Assembly: GCA_963718825.1 (NCBI GenBank)
Contig: CAVQZZ010000002.1
Span: 414,813-478,812, forward strand
Length of the DNA: 64,000 nt
Source: an uncultured Acidobacteriota bacterium
Lineage (GTDB): Bacteria > Acidobacteriota > Vicinamibacteria > Vicinamibacterales > CAVVIG01
Direction: 5' to 3'
The translations under genes were made by a program, and so were the position numbers. This document shows, one piece after another, positions 1-10,446 of the stretch (position 1 is the stretch's first letter; the number at the start of each line of letters is the position of its first letter). The notes under the pieces are model-generated. The model made no database searches and had not been told where the DNA came from. It saw nothing but the letters and a program-made list of their open reading frames with translations.

Positions 1-2497
1 CCGTCGTGATCGGCACCTTGAGCGGCTGCTTGGCCTCGGACCGCTGCTTGCGAACCTCGAACAGCACATCGGTCGCCCACTGATACGCGAGCTCGTCGGA
101 GACGCGGGCGGCATCGTCATCATTCGTCAGCAGGGTCGCGATTTCGTCGATCTCGGGCCAGCGCGCCTGATGGATGGAGCCATCCTGCCACCAGGACCAC
201 ACCTCTTCGGTGACGAACGGCAGGAACGGCGCGAGCAGCCTCAAGAGAACGGACAGCGCGGCGGCGAGCGCCGCGTTCGCCGAGGCGGCTCCCGCCGGCC
301 CCTGATCGCCATACCGCCGCCCCTTCACGAGCTCGAGGTAATCGTCGCAGAAGCGCCAGAAGAAGGTCTCCGTCCTCTGCAGGACGCGCGCGTAATCGTA
401 TGCGTCGAACGCATCGGTCGCTTCTTTGACCAGCGCGCTCAGATTTCTCAGCATCGCGCGGTCGACGGCCGCGGTAATCGCTCCTTGCGGCTGCGCGCCG
501 CCGAGTGCAAAGCGCGACGCGTTCAGCACTTTGATCGCGAGCCGCCGCCCGACGCGCATCTGATTCGTGTCGAACGCGGTGTCGGTGCCGGGCCGTCCGC
601 TCGCCGCCCAATATCGGACGCCGTCGGAGCCGTGCTCGTCCAGCAAGCCGACCGGTGTCACGACGTTGCCCTTCGACTTGGACATTTTCTTGCGGTCGGG
701 ATCGAGCACCCACCCCGATATCGCCGCGTGGGCCCAGGGCAACGAGTCGTGCTCGAGATGCGAGCGCAATACCGAGTCGAACAGCCAGGTCCGGATGATG
801 TCGTGGGCCTGCGGACGGAGGTCCATCGGAAACGTCCGCTGGAACAAGTCGGGGTCGTCGGGCCAGCCGCACACGATCTGCGGCGACAGTGACGAGGTCG
901 CCCACGTGTCCATCACGTCGGGATCGCCGATAAACCCCCCGGGCACGCCACGCTGATCCGCGCGATAGCCCGCGGGCACGTCGGTCGACGGATCGATCGG
1001 CAGCGCGTCTTCGGGCGGCGCGATCGGCCGATCGTATTCGACGGCCCCGAGCTCGCTGATCGGGTACCACACCGGAAACGGGACGCCGAAAAACCGCTGA
1101 CGGCTCACGCACCAGTCGCCGTTCAGGCCGTTGGTCCAGTTCTCGAATCGCGCTTCCATGTACGCCGGGTGCCACTGCAGCTCGCGGCCCCGCGCGAGCA
1201 GCGCCTCGCGGAACTCGATCGTCTTGATGAACCACTGTCGGCTCGTGACGATCTCGAGCGGGCGGTCCCCCTTTTCGTAGAACTTCACCGCATGCGTTAT
1301 CGGCCGCGGCTCCCCAACGAGATCCCCGAGTCCTTCAACTGCTCGACGATCTTCGTACGCGCCTTGGTCGCCGACAGCTTTGCCAGCTGGTTGTAGAAGC
1401 GCTCGGCTCTGGGGGCGTCCGCGGACTCCCATCCAGGCGCGCCCCAGCGGAGGTCGCGCAGTGTGCCGTCGGCCTGAATGATCGCCCGGACCGGCAGGTT
1501 CAGCTCACGCCACCAGGTGACGTCGGTGATGTCGCCAAAGGTGCAGATCATCGCGATGCCGCGTGCCCTTGTCGGGGTCGGCGAGCGGATGCGCCTTGAC
1601 GGGCACGCGCGCGCCGAAGAGCGGCGTCACGACGTGGTGATCGAACAGCGGTTGGTACCGCGGGTCGTCGGGATGCGCGACGAGCGCGACGCACGCGGGA
1701 ATCAGCTCCGGCCGCGTGGTTTCGATGTCTACCGCTCCGTTGAAATCGGTCCCCACAGCGGCCGCATCGTTGCCCGCGAGCGCGAACTTGATGCGGTGAT
1801 ACGCGCCCGGCATCTCGCGGTCTTCGAGCTCGGCCTGCGCGACCGCGGTCTTGAAATCGATGTCCCACAGCGTCGGCGCCTCGAGCTGGTATGCGAGACC
1901 GCGCCGCAGCAGGTGAACGAACGCACGCTGCGAGACGCTCTGCGCGCGTCTGGAAATCGTCGCGTAGGTCATCGACCAGTCGACCGAGAGGCCCAGGTGC
2001 TTCCAGAGGTGCTCGAATGCCTTTTCGTCTTCCGCCGTCAGCCGATTGCAGAGCTCGATGAAATTCGGGCGCGAGATGGAGACGGGTTGCTTGCCGGGAG
2101 CCGCCGGTGGTTGAAATCCCGGATCGTACGGCAGCGACGGATCGCACCGAACCCCGTAGTAGTTCTGCACGCGCCGTTCGGTCGGCAGACCGTTGTCGTC
2201 CCATCCCATCGGATAGAACACCGCCTTCCCGCGCATGCGATGAAAGCGGGCGACGAGGTCCGTGTGCGTGAACGAGAACACGTGGCCGACATGGAGCGAT
2301 CCGCTGACCGTCGGCGGCGGGGTATCGATCGAGAACACCTCGCCGCGGGGCCGGTTGCGGTCGAACCGGTACACGCCGGACTGCTCCCAGATGGGCAGCC
2401 ATTTCGCTTCGAGCCCTTCGAGCGCGGGTTTTTCAGGCAGGCGGAGACGCGCCGGATCGAGTCGCAGGAGCGCCCCGGGCGTCGACGAAAGTGACAT
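1..2497 (-). CDS. valS: Valyl-tRNA synthetase, 3' end runs off the left edge; frame disrupted twice
   Basis: Minus-strand translation gives TPPPTVSGSLHVGHVFSFTHTD (HIGH-type motif) and RKKMSKSKGNVV (KMSKS). ORFs 1505-2497 and 1297-1551 plus an unlisted frame to position 1 are colinear with ValRS. Frame changes near 1560 and 1325. Confidence 0.93.
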
Positions 2498-2507
2498 CCG
2501 ACCGATT

Positions 2508-3461
2508 TTACTTGATGGCGCTTTTCAGCCGCTCGATCTCTTCGCGGACCAGACGCTCCGCGATCGTCGACACGAGCGCGGTCACGGTTTCCCGCACGAC
2601 CCGATCGGACAGCTGATCGAGGACGCGTCGAGCCACCTGATCGACCAGTTCGTCCGTCACGATCGCGGTCGGCGGCGATGCGGGCCAAGGCGCCGCGGCA
2701 GCGGGCATCGGCGCGCGCTGTTCGGCCGCGAGCAGCGCGGCGAACGCGTCGGCGATCGACGGGACAGCTACTCCAGGCACCCTCAGTTCCTGAGACTGTC
2801 TCGGTTCTGTGGCTTCCCGAGCTTCGATGGCTTCGGCCGGTGCCGCTTCGAACGCCGACTGCGGAGAGGCGTATGAGAGCGGCACATCGGGCGGCTGCTC
2901 CTCCACCATCGGCGGCTGCTCGGCAGGCGCCGGCGGCATCGGGTCCGTCTTCAGCGTGGCGAATGCGGCGTCGAGCTGATCGAAGTACCGCTCCACATCG
3001 TCCAGGATCGGTTTCTTAGGTGCCGGCACGGCCGCGAGCGGGCGCGAAACGGGCGCCGGCGAGGCAAGCGGCGTGCTCGCCGCGTGAGCAGACCCGCGTG
3101 CGAGGAGTTCTTTCACCCGGCCGATCACGAGCTGCGGCTCAAAAGGCTTGGCCAACACCCCGTCGCACCCGGCGGCGGCAACCTTGGCATCGTCGACCGG
3201 CTCGAACGCGCCGGTGAGCAGGACGACGGGGATGTGCGCGAGGCGGGGCGTGCGCTTGATGAACTCGGCGACCTCGTAGCCGTTTTTCCCCGGCATGCCG
3301 ATATCGGCGAGCACGATATCGGGCGGCGTTCCCTCCAGGCGCGCGATCGCCTGGTCGCCGTCGCTGACCGCCACGACCTGCACGTCCTCGTCCGCGAAGG
3401 TCAGCTCGATAACGCGCTGGATTGTGACGCTGTCATCCGCTAGTAACAGGGTATGTGACAC
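2508..3461 (-). CDS. Response regulator, CheY-like receiver domain with Pro/Ala-rich linker and unassigned C-terminal helical domain
   Basis: N-terminus MSHTLLLADDSVTIQ...DIVLADIGMPGKNGYEV...VLAKPFEP has the receiver Asp/Lys positions. No recognisable DNA-binding output domain. Confidence 0.85.
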   Translation of the reverse strand: MSHTLLLADDSVTIQRVIELTFADEDVQVVAVSDGDQAIARLEGTPPDIVLADIGMPGKNGYEVAEFIKRTPRLAHIPVVLLTGAFEPVDDAKVAAAGCDGVLAKPFEPQLVIGRVKELLARGSAHAASTPLASPAPVSRPLAAVPAPKKPILDDVERYFDQLDAAFATLKTDPMPPAPAEQPPMVEEQPPDVPLSYASPQSAFEAAPAEAIEAREATEPRQSQELRVPGVAVPSIADAFAALLAAEQRAPMPAAAAPWPASPPTAIVTDELVDQVARRVLDQLSDRVVRETVTALVSTIAERLVREEIERLKSAIK

Positions 3462-3491
3462 GTTCGCTTTATCGGACGAAGGGTCGCCGCT

Positions 3492-3893
3492 CTACACGCG
3501 GACGCGGGCGTTCGTATTGATGAACTCGATGATGTCCTGCATTGGCGTGCCGGGAAGGAAGATGCCCTTTACGCCGATTTCCTTGAGCTTCGGGATGTCG
3601 AGGTCTGGAATGATCCCGCCGATGACCACCAGCACGTCGTCGAGCCCCTTTTCCTTCAGAAGCTTCATCAATTGCGGCGCGATGTGGTTGTGGGCGCCCG
3701 ACAGGATCGACAGCCCGATGACGTCGGCGTCCTCCTGAAGTGCGGCGGCTGCGACCATCTCCGGCGTCTGGCGAAGGCCGGTGTAGATCACCTCCATCCC
3801 CGCGTCCCGGAGCGCGCGCGCGATCACCTTCGCGCCGCGGTCGTGACCATCCAGCCCCGGCTTCGCGATCACCACTCGTAGTTTTCTGGCCAT
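3492..3893 (-). CDS. Acyl-CoA mutase small subunit, cobalamin-binding domain (IcmB/MCM C-terminal-domain-like)
   Basis: [39 protein letters not shown] carries the B12-binding DxHxxG motif. Start taken at the internal ATG 3893 of ORF 3492-4013. Confidence 0.9.
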   Translation of the reverse strand: MARKLRVVIAKPGLDGHDRGAKVIARALRDAGMEVIYTGLRQTPEMVAAAALQEDADVIGLSILSGAHNHIAPQLMKLLKEKGLDDVLVVIGGIIPDLDIPKLKEIGVKGIFLPGTPMQDIIEFINTNARVRV

Positions 3894-3902
3894 CAGCGCC
3901 TT

Positions 3903-3937
3903 ACTTTTTCCTTTTGCCTTTTCCCTTTTACCTTCAG
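3903..3937. repeat. Tandem heptanucleotide array CCTTTTN x4-5 in the mutase intercistronic gap
   Basis: Plus strand reads acttttt ccttttg ccttttc cctttta ccttcag. On the minus strand this is AAAAGGN purine heptads just upstream of the small-subunit ATG. Confidence 0.8.
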
Positions 3938-5599
3938 ATGATCGGCACTTCCTCGTACTCGCCCCAGACCTGCCGCAGCGCGTCGCACATTTCCCCGACC
4001 GTGGCATACGCACGAACCGCGTCGAGCATCGGCGGCATCAGGTTGGCGGTTCCGCGCGCGGCATTTCCGAGCGCGTCGAGCGTGCGTTCGACGTTGCCGT
4101 TGTCTGCGCGTCTTCTTCAGCTGCTCGAGCTTCGCCAGCTGCTTCTCGGCAGCCGACTCGTCGATGTAGAGGATATGGATCGGCGGCTCGTTCTCCTGAA
4201 CGAAATCGTTGACGCCCACGATGATCTTCTCGCGCCGCTCGACAGCCTGCTGAAAGCGGTACGCGCTCTCGGCGATCTCCTTCTGCGGGAACCCGCGCTC
4301 GATCGCTTCGACCATGCCGCCCATCCGGTCGATCTGCTCGAAATAGGCGAGCGCACCGTCTTCCATGTCCTTGGTCAGCTTCTCGACGAAGTACGAACCG
4401 CCGAGCGGATCGACGACGTTCGTGACGCCGCTCTCGCTCGCGATGATCTGCTGCGTGCGCAGCGCCAGCGTGGCCGCTTCGGCCGTCGGCAGCGCCAGCG
4501 CCTCGTCGAGTGAGTTGGTGTGGAGCGAGTTGGTGCCGCCGAGCACCGCCGAGAGCGCCTGCAGCGCCGTGCGAACGACGTTGTTATACGGCTGCTGCGC
4601 GGTGAGCGAGACGCCGGCGGTCTGGCTGTGGAAACGCAGCTTCCACGATCGCTCGTTCTTCGCGCCGAAGCGGTCGCGCATCGCCTCGGCCCACAGCTTC
4701 CGCGCGGCGCGGTACTTCGCGATCTCCTCGAAGAAATCGCTGTGCGCGTTGAAGAAGAACGAAATCTGCGGCACGAACACGTCCACGTCGAGGCCGGCGT
4801 CGACGCCCCACTGCACGTACTCGAGGCCGTCGCGCAGCGTGAACGCGAGCTCCTGCAGCGCGGTCGAGCCCGCTTCGCGGATGTGATAGCCGCTCACCGA
4901 GATCGTGTTCCACTTGGGCACCTGCTCCGCGCAGAAACCGAAGATGTCGGTGATGATCCGCATCGAGGGACGCGGCGGAAAAATGTATTCCTTCTGCGCG
5001 ATGAACTCTTTGAGGATGTCGTTCTGAATCGTGCCGGAGATTTTCTTCCAGTCCGCGCCCTGCTTCTCGGCGACGACGAGATACATCGCGAAGATCATCG
5101 CGGCCGGCGAGTTGATGGTCATCGACGTCGTCACGTCGGCGAGCGTGATGCCGTCGAACAAGGTTTCCATGTCGGCGAGCGACGTCACGTTGACGCCGCA
5201 CTTCCCCACTTCGCCGAGCGACAGCTCGTGGTCCGGGTCGCGGCCCATCAGCGTCGGCAGATCGAAGGCGACGCTCAGGCCGGTGCCGCCCGCCTTCAGC
5301 AGCGTCTTGTAGCGTTCGTTCGTCTCTTCCGGCGTGCCGAACCCGGCAAACTGCCGCATCGTCCACAGCTTGCCGCGGTAGCCGGTCGGGTGGATGCCTC
5401 GCGTGTACGGAAACTCGCCCGGGTTCGCGACGTCGCGACCGTACTCGATGCCCTCGACGTCGTCCTGCGTGTAGAGCCGATCGATGGGCCGGCCGGAAAT
5501 GGTCGTGAAGCTGTGCGCGCGTTCCGGAGATTTCTTCAACGCGGGCTCGAGCGTTTCGCGCTCCCACCGCTGTTTCGCTGTTTCGGCAACGGTTTTCAT
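3934..5599 (-). CDS. Acyl-CoA mutase large (substrate-binding) subunit, methylmalonyl-CoA mutase family with isobutyryl-CoA-mutase-like signature; one frame break near 4104
   Basis: ORF 3893-5599 matches MCM-family TIM-barrel domain throughout. After KLEQLKKTR the +1 frame continues [56 protein letters not shown] and stops at 3934-3936. Contains RQFAGF and FIAQKE. Confidence 0.9.
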
Positions 5600-5608
5600 A
5601 CACCAGCA

Positions 5609-5860
5609 TTATATCGGACCGCTGCGCGCAGCCTCTGACGACATGCGACGCCACGGCGGACGCTCGGGCTTGATGCGCACCGTCGTAACGGCCATGCGCG
5701 GCATCGCCAGCGGCCCCGTCAGCTTCGACGGCGCAGCCGCCTTCGGCTGTGCGGCCGCCGCGCTCTTCGCAGCCGGCGCTTGCGCCGCGGCTACCTCCGG
5801 TATGTACGCCAGTGCGAGCGACACGAGGACCAGGGATCCGACGACGAGGCGATGATGCAT
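5609..5860 (-). CDS. Small hypothetical exported protein
   Basis: ORF with signal-like N-terminus MHHRLVVGSLVLVSLALAYIPEVAAAQA and high third-position GC. No recognisable family. Confidence 0.35.
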   Translation of the reverse strand: MHHRLVVGSLVLVSLALAYIPEVAAAQAPAAKSAAAAQPKAAAPSKLTGPLAMPRMAVTTVRIKPERPPWRRMSSEAARSGPI

Positions 5861-6002
5861 GCGGCCTTCTCAGCGACTGATGCGCGGTGTGGACGAGCGA
5901 TTGTGGGGTGGACGGACTTGCGGCCCTTGACTTGCCCGACAAGCGCACGCTACGCTCCGACGCTTGCTCCGGCGTGCCGCCGGAACGTGTCAAGGGAGCG
6001 AG

Positions 6003-7253
6003 ATGTCGACTGACGGATCGACCTTCGGTGCCATGCTCCAGGAGTTCGATGGAGCGGCCCGCATCCTCAACCTCGAGCCGGGCATCTGGAAGATCCTCAC
6101 GCACCCCAAACGGCAAATCATGGTGTCGTGTCCCGTCCAGATGGACGATGGGCAGATCGAAGTCTTCACCGGCTACCGCGTCCAATACAACATCACGCTC
6201 GGCCCGGCCAAGGGCGGCATTCGCTATCACCCGAACGTTTCCCTCGACGAAGTGACGGCGCTCGCCGCCTGGATGACGTGGAAGTGCGCCGTCGCGCACA
6301 TCCCGTTCGGCGGCGGCAAAGGCGGCGTCATCTGCGACCCGACGAAGATGTCGAAGCGCGAGCTCGAAGCGCTCACGCGCCGCTACATCGCCGAGATCGT
6401 CGACGCGATCGGTCCTGAAAAAGACGTCCCGGCGCCCGACGTGAACACGAACGATCAGATCATGGCCTGGGTCATGGACACCTACTCCATGCACGTCGGC
6501 CACACGTCGACCGCGGTCGTCACCGGCAAGCCGCTCGAGATCGGCGGATCGCTGGGCCGCCGCGAAGCCACCGGCCGCGGCGTGATGATTGCGACGCGCG
6601 AATCGGCCAAGCACGTCGGCTTCGACCTCAAGGGCGCCACGATTGCCGTCCAGGGATTCGGAAACGTCGGATCGATTTCCGCCGAGCTCCTCGCGCAGGC
6701 CGGCGCCTGCATCGTCGCGGTGACGGACTGGAAAGGAGGCGTCTACAACGCCAAGGGCCTGGACGTCCCCAAGCTGCTCGAGTTCGTCGCGAAGAACAAG
6801 ACCGTCGACGGCTTCACGGGCGGCGAGCCGTTGACGAACGCGAACCTGTTCACGCTCGACGTCGATGTGCTGATCCCGGCGGCGCTCGAAAAACAGATCA
6901 CCATGGAAAACGCGCCAGGCATCCGCGCGAAGGTAATCATCGAGGGCGCCAACGGCCCGACCGAGCCCGACGCGAACAAACACCTCCACGACCGCGGCGT
7001 CTTCATCGTGCCCGACATCCTCGCGAACAGCTCCGGCGTCACCACCTCGTACTTCGAATGGGTGCAGGACCGCTACGGCTACTTCTGGACCGAGAAGGAA
7101 GTGAACGACCGGCTCGAAGCGAAGATGTGCGAGGCGTTCAACGCCGTGCTGCAGACCTCGCTCAAATACAAGGTCGACATGCGCACCGCCGCGTACATTG
7201 TCGCTATTTCTCGGGTCGCCGCCGTCACGCGCCTGCGGGGCATGTACGCATAG
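6003..7253 (+). CDS. gdh: Glutamate dehydrogenase (Glu/Leu/Phe/Val dehydrogenase family)
   Basis: GPAKGGIRYHP and PFGGGKGGV catalytic-region motifs and GFGNVGS Rossmann motif. ATG 6003 is preceded by GGGAG. The ORF track starts earlier at TTG 5964. Confidence 0.93.
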   Translation: MSTDGSTFGAMLQEFDGAARILNLEPGIWKILTHPKRQIMVSCPVQMDDGQIEVFTGYRVQYNITLGPAKGGIRYHPNVSLDEVTALAAWMTWKCAVAHIPFGGGKGGVICDPTKMSKRELEALTRRYIAEIVDAIGPEKDVPAPDVNTNDQIMAWVMDTYSMHVGHTSTAVVTGKPLEIGGSLGRREATGRGVMIATRESAKHVGFDLKGATIAVQGFGNVGSISAELLAQAGACIVAVTDWKGGVYNAKGLDVPKLLEFVAKNKTVDGFTGGEPLTNANLFTLDVDVLIPAALEKQITMENAPGIRAKVIIEGANGPTEPDANKHLHDRGVFIVPDILANSSGVTTSYFEWVQDRYGYFWTEKEVNDRLEAKMCEAFNAVLQTSLKYKVDMRTAAYIVAISRVAAVTRLRGMYA

Positions 7254-7277
7254 CGCCATTCACCGCCCGGAGGCCTC

Positions 7278-8550
7278 ATGACACAGACGCTCGAACCGAC
7301 CCGGCCTTCCCCCAATCCGTTCGCGATCGCCCAGCAGCAATTCGACACCGCCGCACGGATTCTGAACCTCGATCCGCGGCTCCGCGCCGTGCTCCGCGAA
7401 CCGGTCCGCGAGCTGCACGTCTCGCTCCCGGTCCGGATGGACGATGGTGACGTCAAGGTGTTCAAGGGTTTTCGCGTTCAGTACAACGATGCGCGCGGGC
7501 CGTCGAAGGGCGGTATCCGGTTCCATCCCGACGAAACCGTCGATACCGTCCGCGCGCTCGCCGCATGGATGACGTGGAAGACCGCCGTGATGGATCTGCC
7601 GCTCGGCGGCGGCAAGGGCGGCATCATCTGCAACCCGAAAGTGCTCTCCGAACGGGAGCTCGAGCGGCTGTCGCGCGCGTACATCGACGCGATCGCCTGG
7701 ATCATGGGCCCGGAACGCGACATACCGGCGCCGGACGTCTACACCACGCCGCAGATCATGGGCTGGATGATGGACGAATACAGCAAGCTCCGCGGCCATT
7801 CCACGCCGGGCGCGATCACCGGCAAGCCGCTGTCGCTCTGGGGCTCGCTCGGACGCGACGATGCCACCGCGCGTGGCACGTGGTACGCGATCCGCGAGGC
7901 GGCGCGCGTGATCGGCATCGACCTGTCGAAAGCTCGCGTGGCGATTCAGGGGTTCGGCAACGCAGGCACATTCTCCGCCACACTGGGGCTGCAGCTGTTT
8001 GGCTGCAAGGTGGTCGCGGTCACCGATTCCAAAGGCGGCGTGTTCAACCCGAACGGACTGCAGTACCGACGATGTCCGCGCGCATAAAACGGCGACAGGA
8101 TCCGTGGTCGGCTTTCCGAGCGGTCAGATGATCAGCAACTCGGACATTCTCGAAGCCGACGTCGATATCTTGATCCCGGCCGCGCTGGAGAGCCAGATCA
8201 CGGCGGACAACGCCCCGCGCATCAAAGCGCGGATCGTCGCCGAAGCGGCGAACGGCCCGACGACGCCGGACGCGGACGCGCTGCTGCACGCACGCGGCGT
8301 CTTCGTGATTCCTGATTTTCTCTGCAACGCGGGCGGCGTTACCGTGTCGTATTTCGAATGGGTGCAGAACCAGCGCGGGATGCCGTGGGAGCTCGAGGAC
8401 GTGCATCGCCGCCTCGATCGCAAGATGACGCGCGCCTTCGCCGAAGTACTCGCCTCCTCGCGCACGCACAAGGTCGACATGCGAACAGGCGCGTACTGCG
8501 TCGCCATCGCGCGCGTCGCCGAGGCAACGCGTGCGCGCGGCTGGGCGTAG
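7278..8550 (+). CDS. gdh: Glutamate dehydrogenase paralog; one frame break near 8060
   Basis: ORFs 7278-8087 and 7999-8550 are colinear with GDH ([27 protein letters not shown], then [13 protein letters not shown]...VSYFEWVQN). Confidence 0.9.
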
Positions 8551-8554
8551 GGAC

Positions 8555-8609
8555 GGTGGCTCGTGGCTCTGGCTAGTGGCTGGTGGCTAGTGGCTAGTGG
8601 CTAGCCACC
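8555..8609. repeat. Tandem heptanucleotide array NGTGGCT x7 ending in palindrome GTGGCTAGCCAC
   Basis: Reads ggtggct cgtggct ctggct agtggct ggtggct agtggct agtggct agccac. It fills almost the whole 62-nt gap between convergent stops at 8550 and 8613. Confidence 0.85.
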
Positions 8610-8612
8610 GAC

Positions 8613-10440
8613 CTACGATGTGATGCGAAACGCGATCAGGTCCTTGGCTTCGCCCGAGGCGCTGGTCGCGGTGAGCTCGAGCGAATATTCCCCGACGGCA
8701 AATCCCGCCAACGGTATATCTATCTGGCTCGGACCATCGGGCCAGACGTCTCCGTCGACATGCAGGTTGCGGAGCGGCTGTCCCAATCGACTCATCACGC
8801 GCGCTGAGATCTCGGGCCGCTCGGTCCCCGGCGCGTAGCCCGACACCCGAACGAGCAGCCGTTCCGTTCGGCTGAATTCGCGGGATGCGACCGGCGCGGC
8901 GTTGCGATCCGCTTGCAGCGCATGAAACTCTCGAGCGGTCCGGGCGCGGAGGATTTCCGCCGTTCCGAGCACGACCGCCTTCCCGAGGTCGCGGACGGCG
9001 AGGTCGCGGACGTCCGAATCGATCACCTGAAACCCGCCGTCCTCGATCGACATCCGCAGCCGTAACCGGCCCGGCGGGACTTCGAACACCGCTCGCGAGC
9101 GATCCGCTTCCGCTCCATCCGACAGACCGGCGCCGGTCGGCAGCACCGTCCCCTGAAATACCGGCGCATCGTCGGTGCCGAGCGCGGTGAGCTCGACGCG
9201 CGCCGCCGTGTGCCGGCCGCGATCGCCGGGGACGCGCACGGGTTCCCACACGAACGTGATGCGGGTCTTCCCCTCTTGACCGCGTTCGCTGCCGAACCAG
9301 GGCCGTATGAGAAGACTGGTGTGTCGCATCGGTTCGAGCACGACCGGTTTTTTGGGCAGCGCTTCACGCGCGAGCCATTCGGCGCGCAGGAGATCATCGG
9401 CCGACGCTGCCCAGTAGCCTTTCCGCAACCGCAGCTGCACCCCACGCCGCTTCGTGCGGAGGTCGATTTGATGAAAGTGGCCGTCGAGTTTCCGGGGCGA
9501 CCGGAACGAGATCAGGTAGTAGACGGTCGAATCCGCGACGATTCGCCGGAACGCGGGATCGAGATCGGCGTCGGAAAACACGGCCTGCCCATCGGTCTCT
9601 GTGGCCAGCGTTCGAAGGGCATCGGCCTGAGCGGAGTCGGCGTCCGAGGGCAGACCGCTCGGATCGATCGGGTAGATCGACACGTTGAATCGATCGGCGG
9701 ATTGGATCACCGAATCGAGGGTCGGCAGGTTGAGCCCCCGGCGGCGGCCGGCTTTCCCCAAGCCTTCCGATACGACGATCAGCGTCTTGCGCGCATCGCT
9801 CGACACCCAACCGAGATGGACCGCGAGCGCGTTCAGCGCCGACAACGTCACCTGCGCGCGCGTTTGGTCGATGGCGGCCGGCGTGCTCGCCATGTAGTTC
9901 TGCTCGTACTCGTTCCGTGGCTCGTAATCGCCCTTGCAGCCCTCGAACGTCGCGATCGCCGCCTTCGCTGCGTCGCGATCATGCGTCAGCCGGATGGCGA
10001 GAACCGAGTCGAGCGGCTTCATCACGACGAGCAGGTCCCGAGGGCCGAGATCGCGATCGACAAAACGCGTCAACGCGTCGCGCACGCGTGCCGTCGCATC
10101 GCCGGCCGACACGTGATACTCGTCGAGATAGATGGCGAAGAGACGCGCGCCCGGCTGCAGCGCTTCGGCTTGTTCTTCACCAGAAGAGCCAGACGAATTT
10201 TCGGCGGGGGCCTTCTGAGCCGAGGCGGTGCCTCGAACGAGCCGCGCGCTTTCGATCGCCTGCGGCGCGCCGTCTTCGCGAAGCTCGAAATCGGCGGCGG
10301 TCAGCGTTTCGACGAATCGACCGCGCGCGTCGAACGCGGCCGCATCGATTCGCACGAGCGTGTCAGGTGTGAAAGCGCGGTGCCGGCGCCTGCTGGCTGC
10401 CGACAGCGGCGGCGATGAGGGCGGCGCAGAGTGCGCGCAT
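8613..10440 (-). CDS. VWFA-related acidobacterial-type exported protein; frame break near 10370
   Basis: Signal peptide MRALCAALIAAAVGSQQAPAP from ATG 10440, then ORF 8613-10898 frame: DTLVRIDAAAFDARGRFVETLTAADFELREDGAPQ...LFAIYLDEYH...TLIVVSEG...VSIYPIDPSGL. Confidence 0.8.
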
Positions 10441-10446
10441 GGCGTG

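Noticed and set aside
4584-7259. 891-aa minus-strand ORF, plus many other long ORFs in the track (for example 120-1235, 1478-2494, 4520-5638, 15286-16440, 34966-36057, 38324-39502, 53516-54787, 54956-56200, 58064-59296).
   Set aside because: They are Arg/Ala/Gly/Pro-rich with no family resemblance, and lie antisense or out of frame to genes with clear homology. These are typical shadow ORFs of a GC-rich genome where stop codons are rare.
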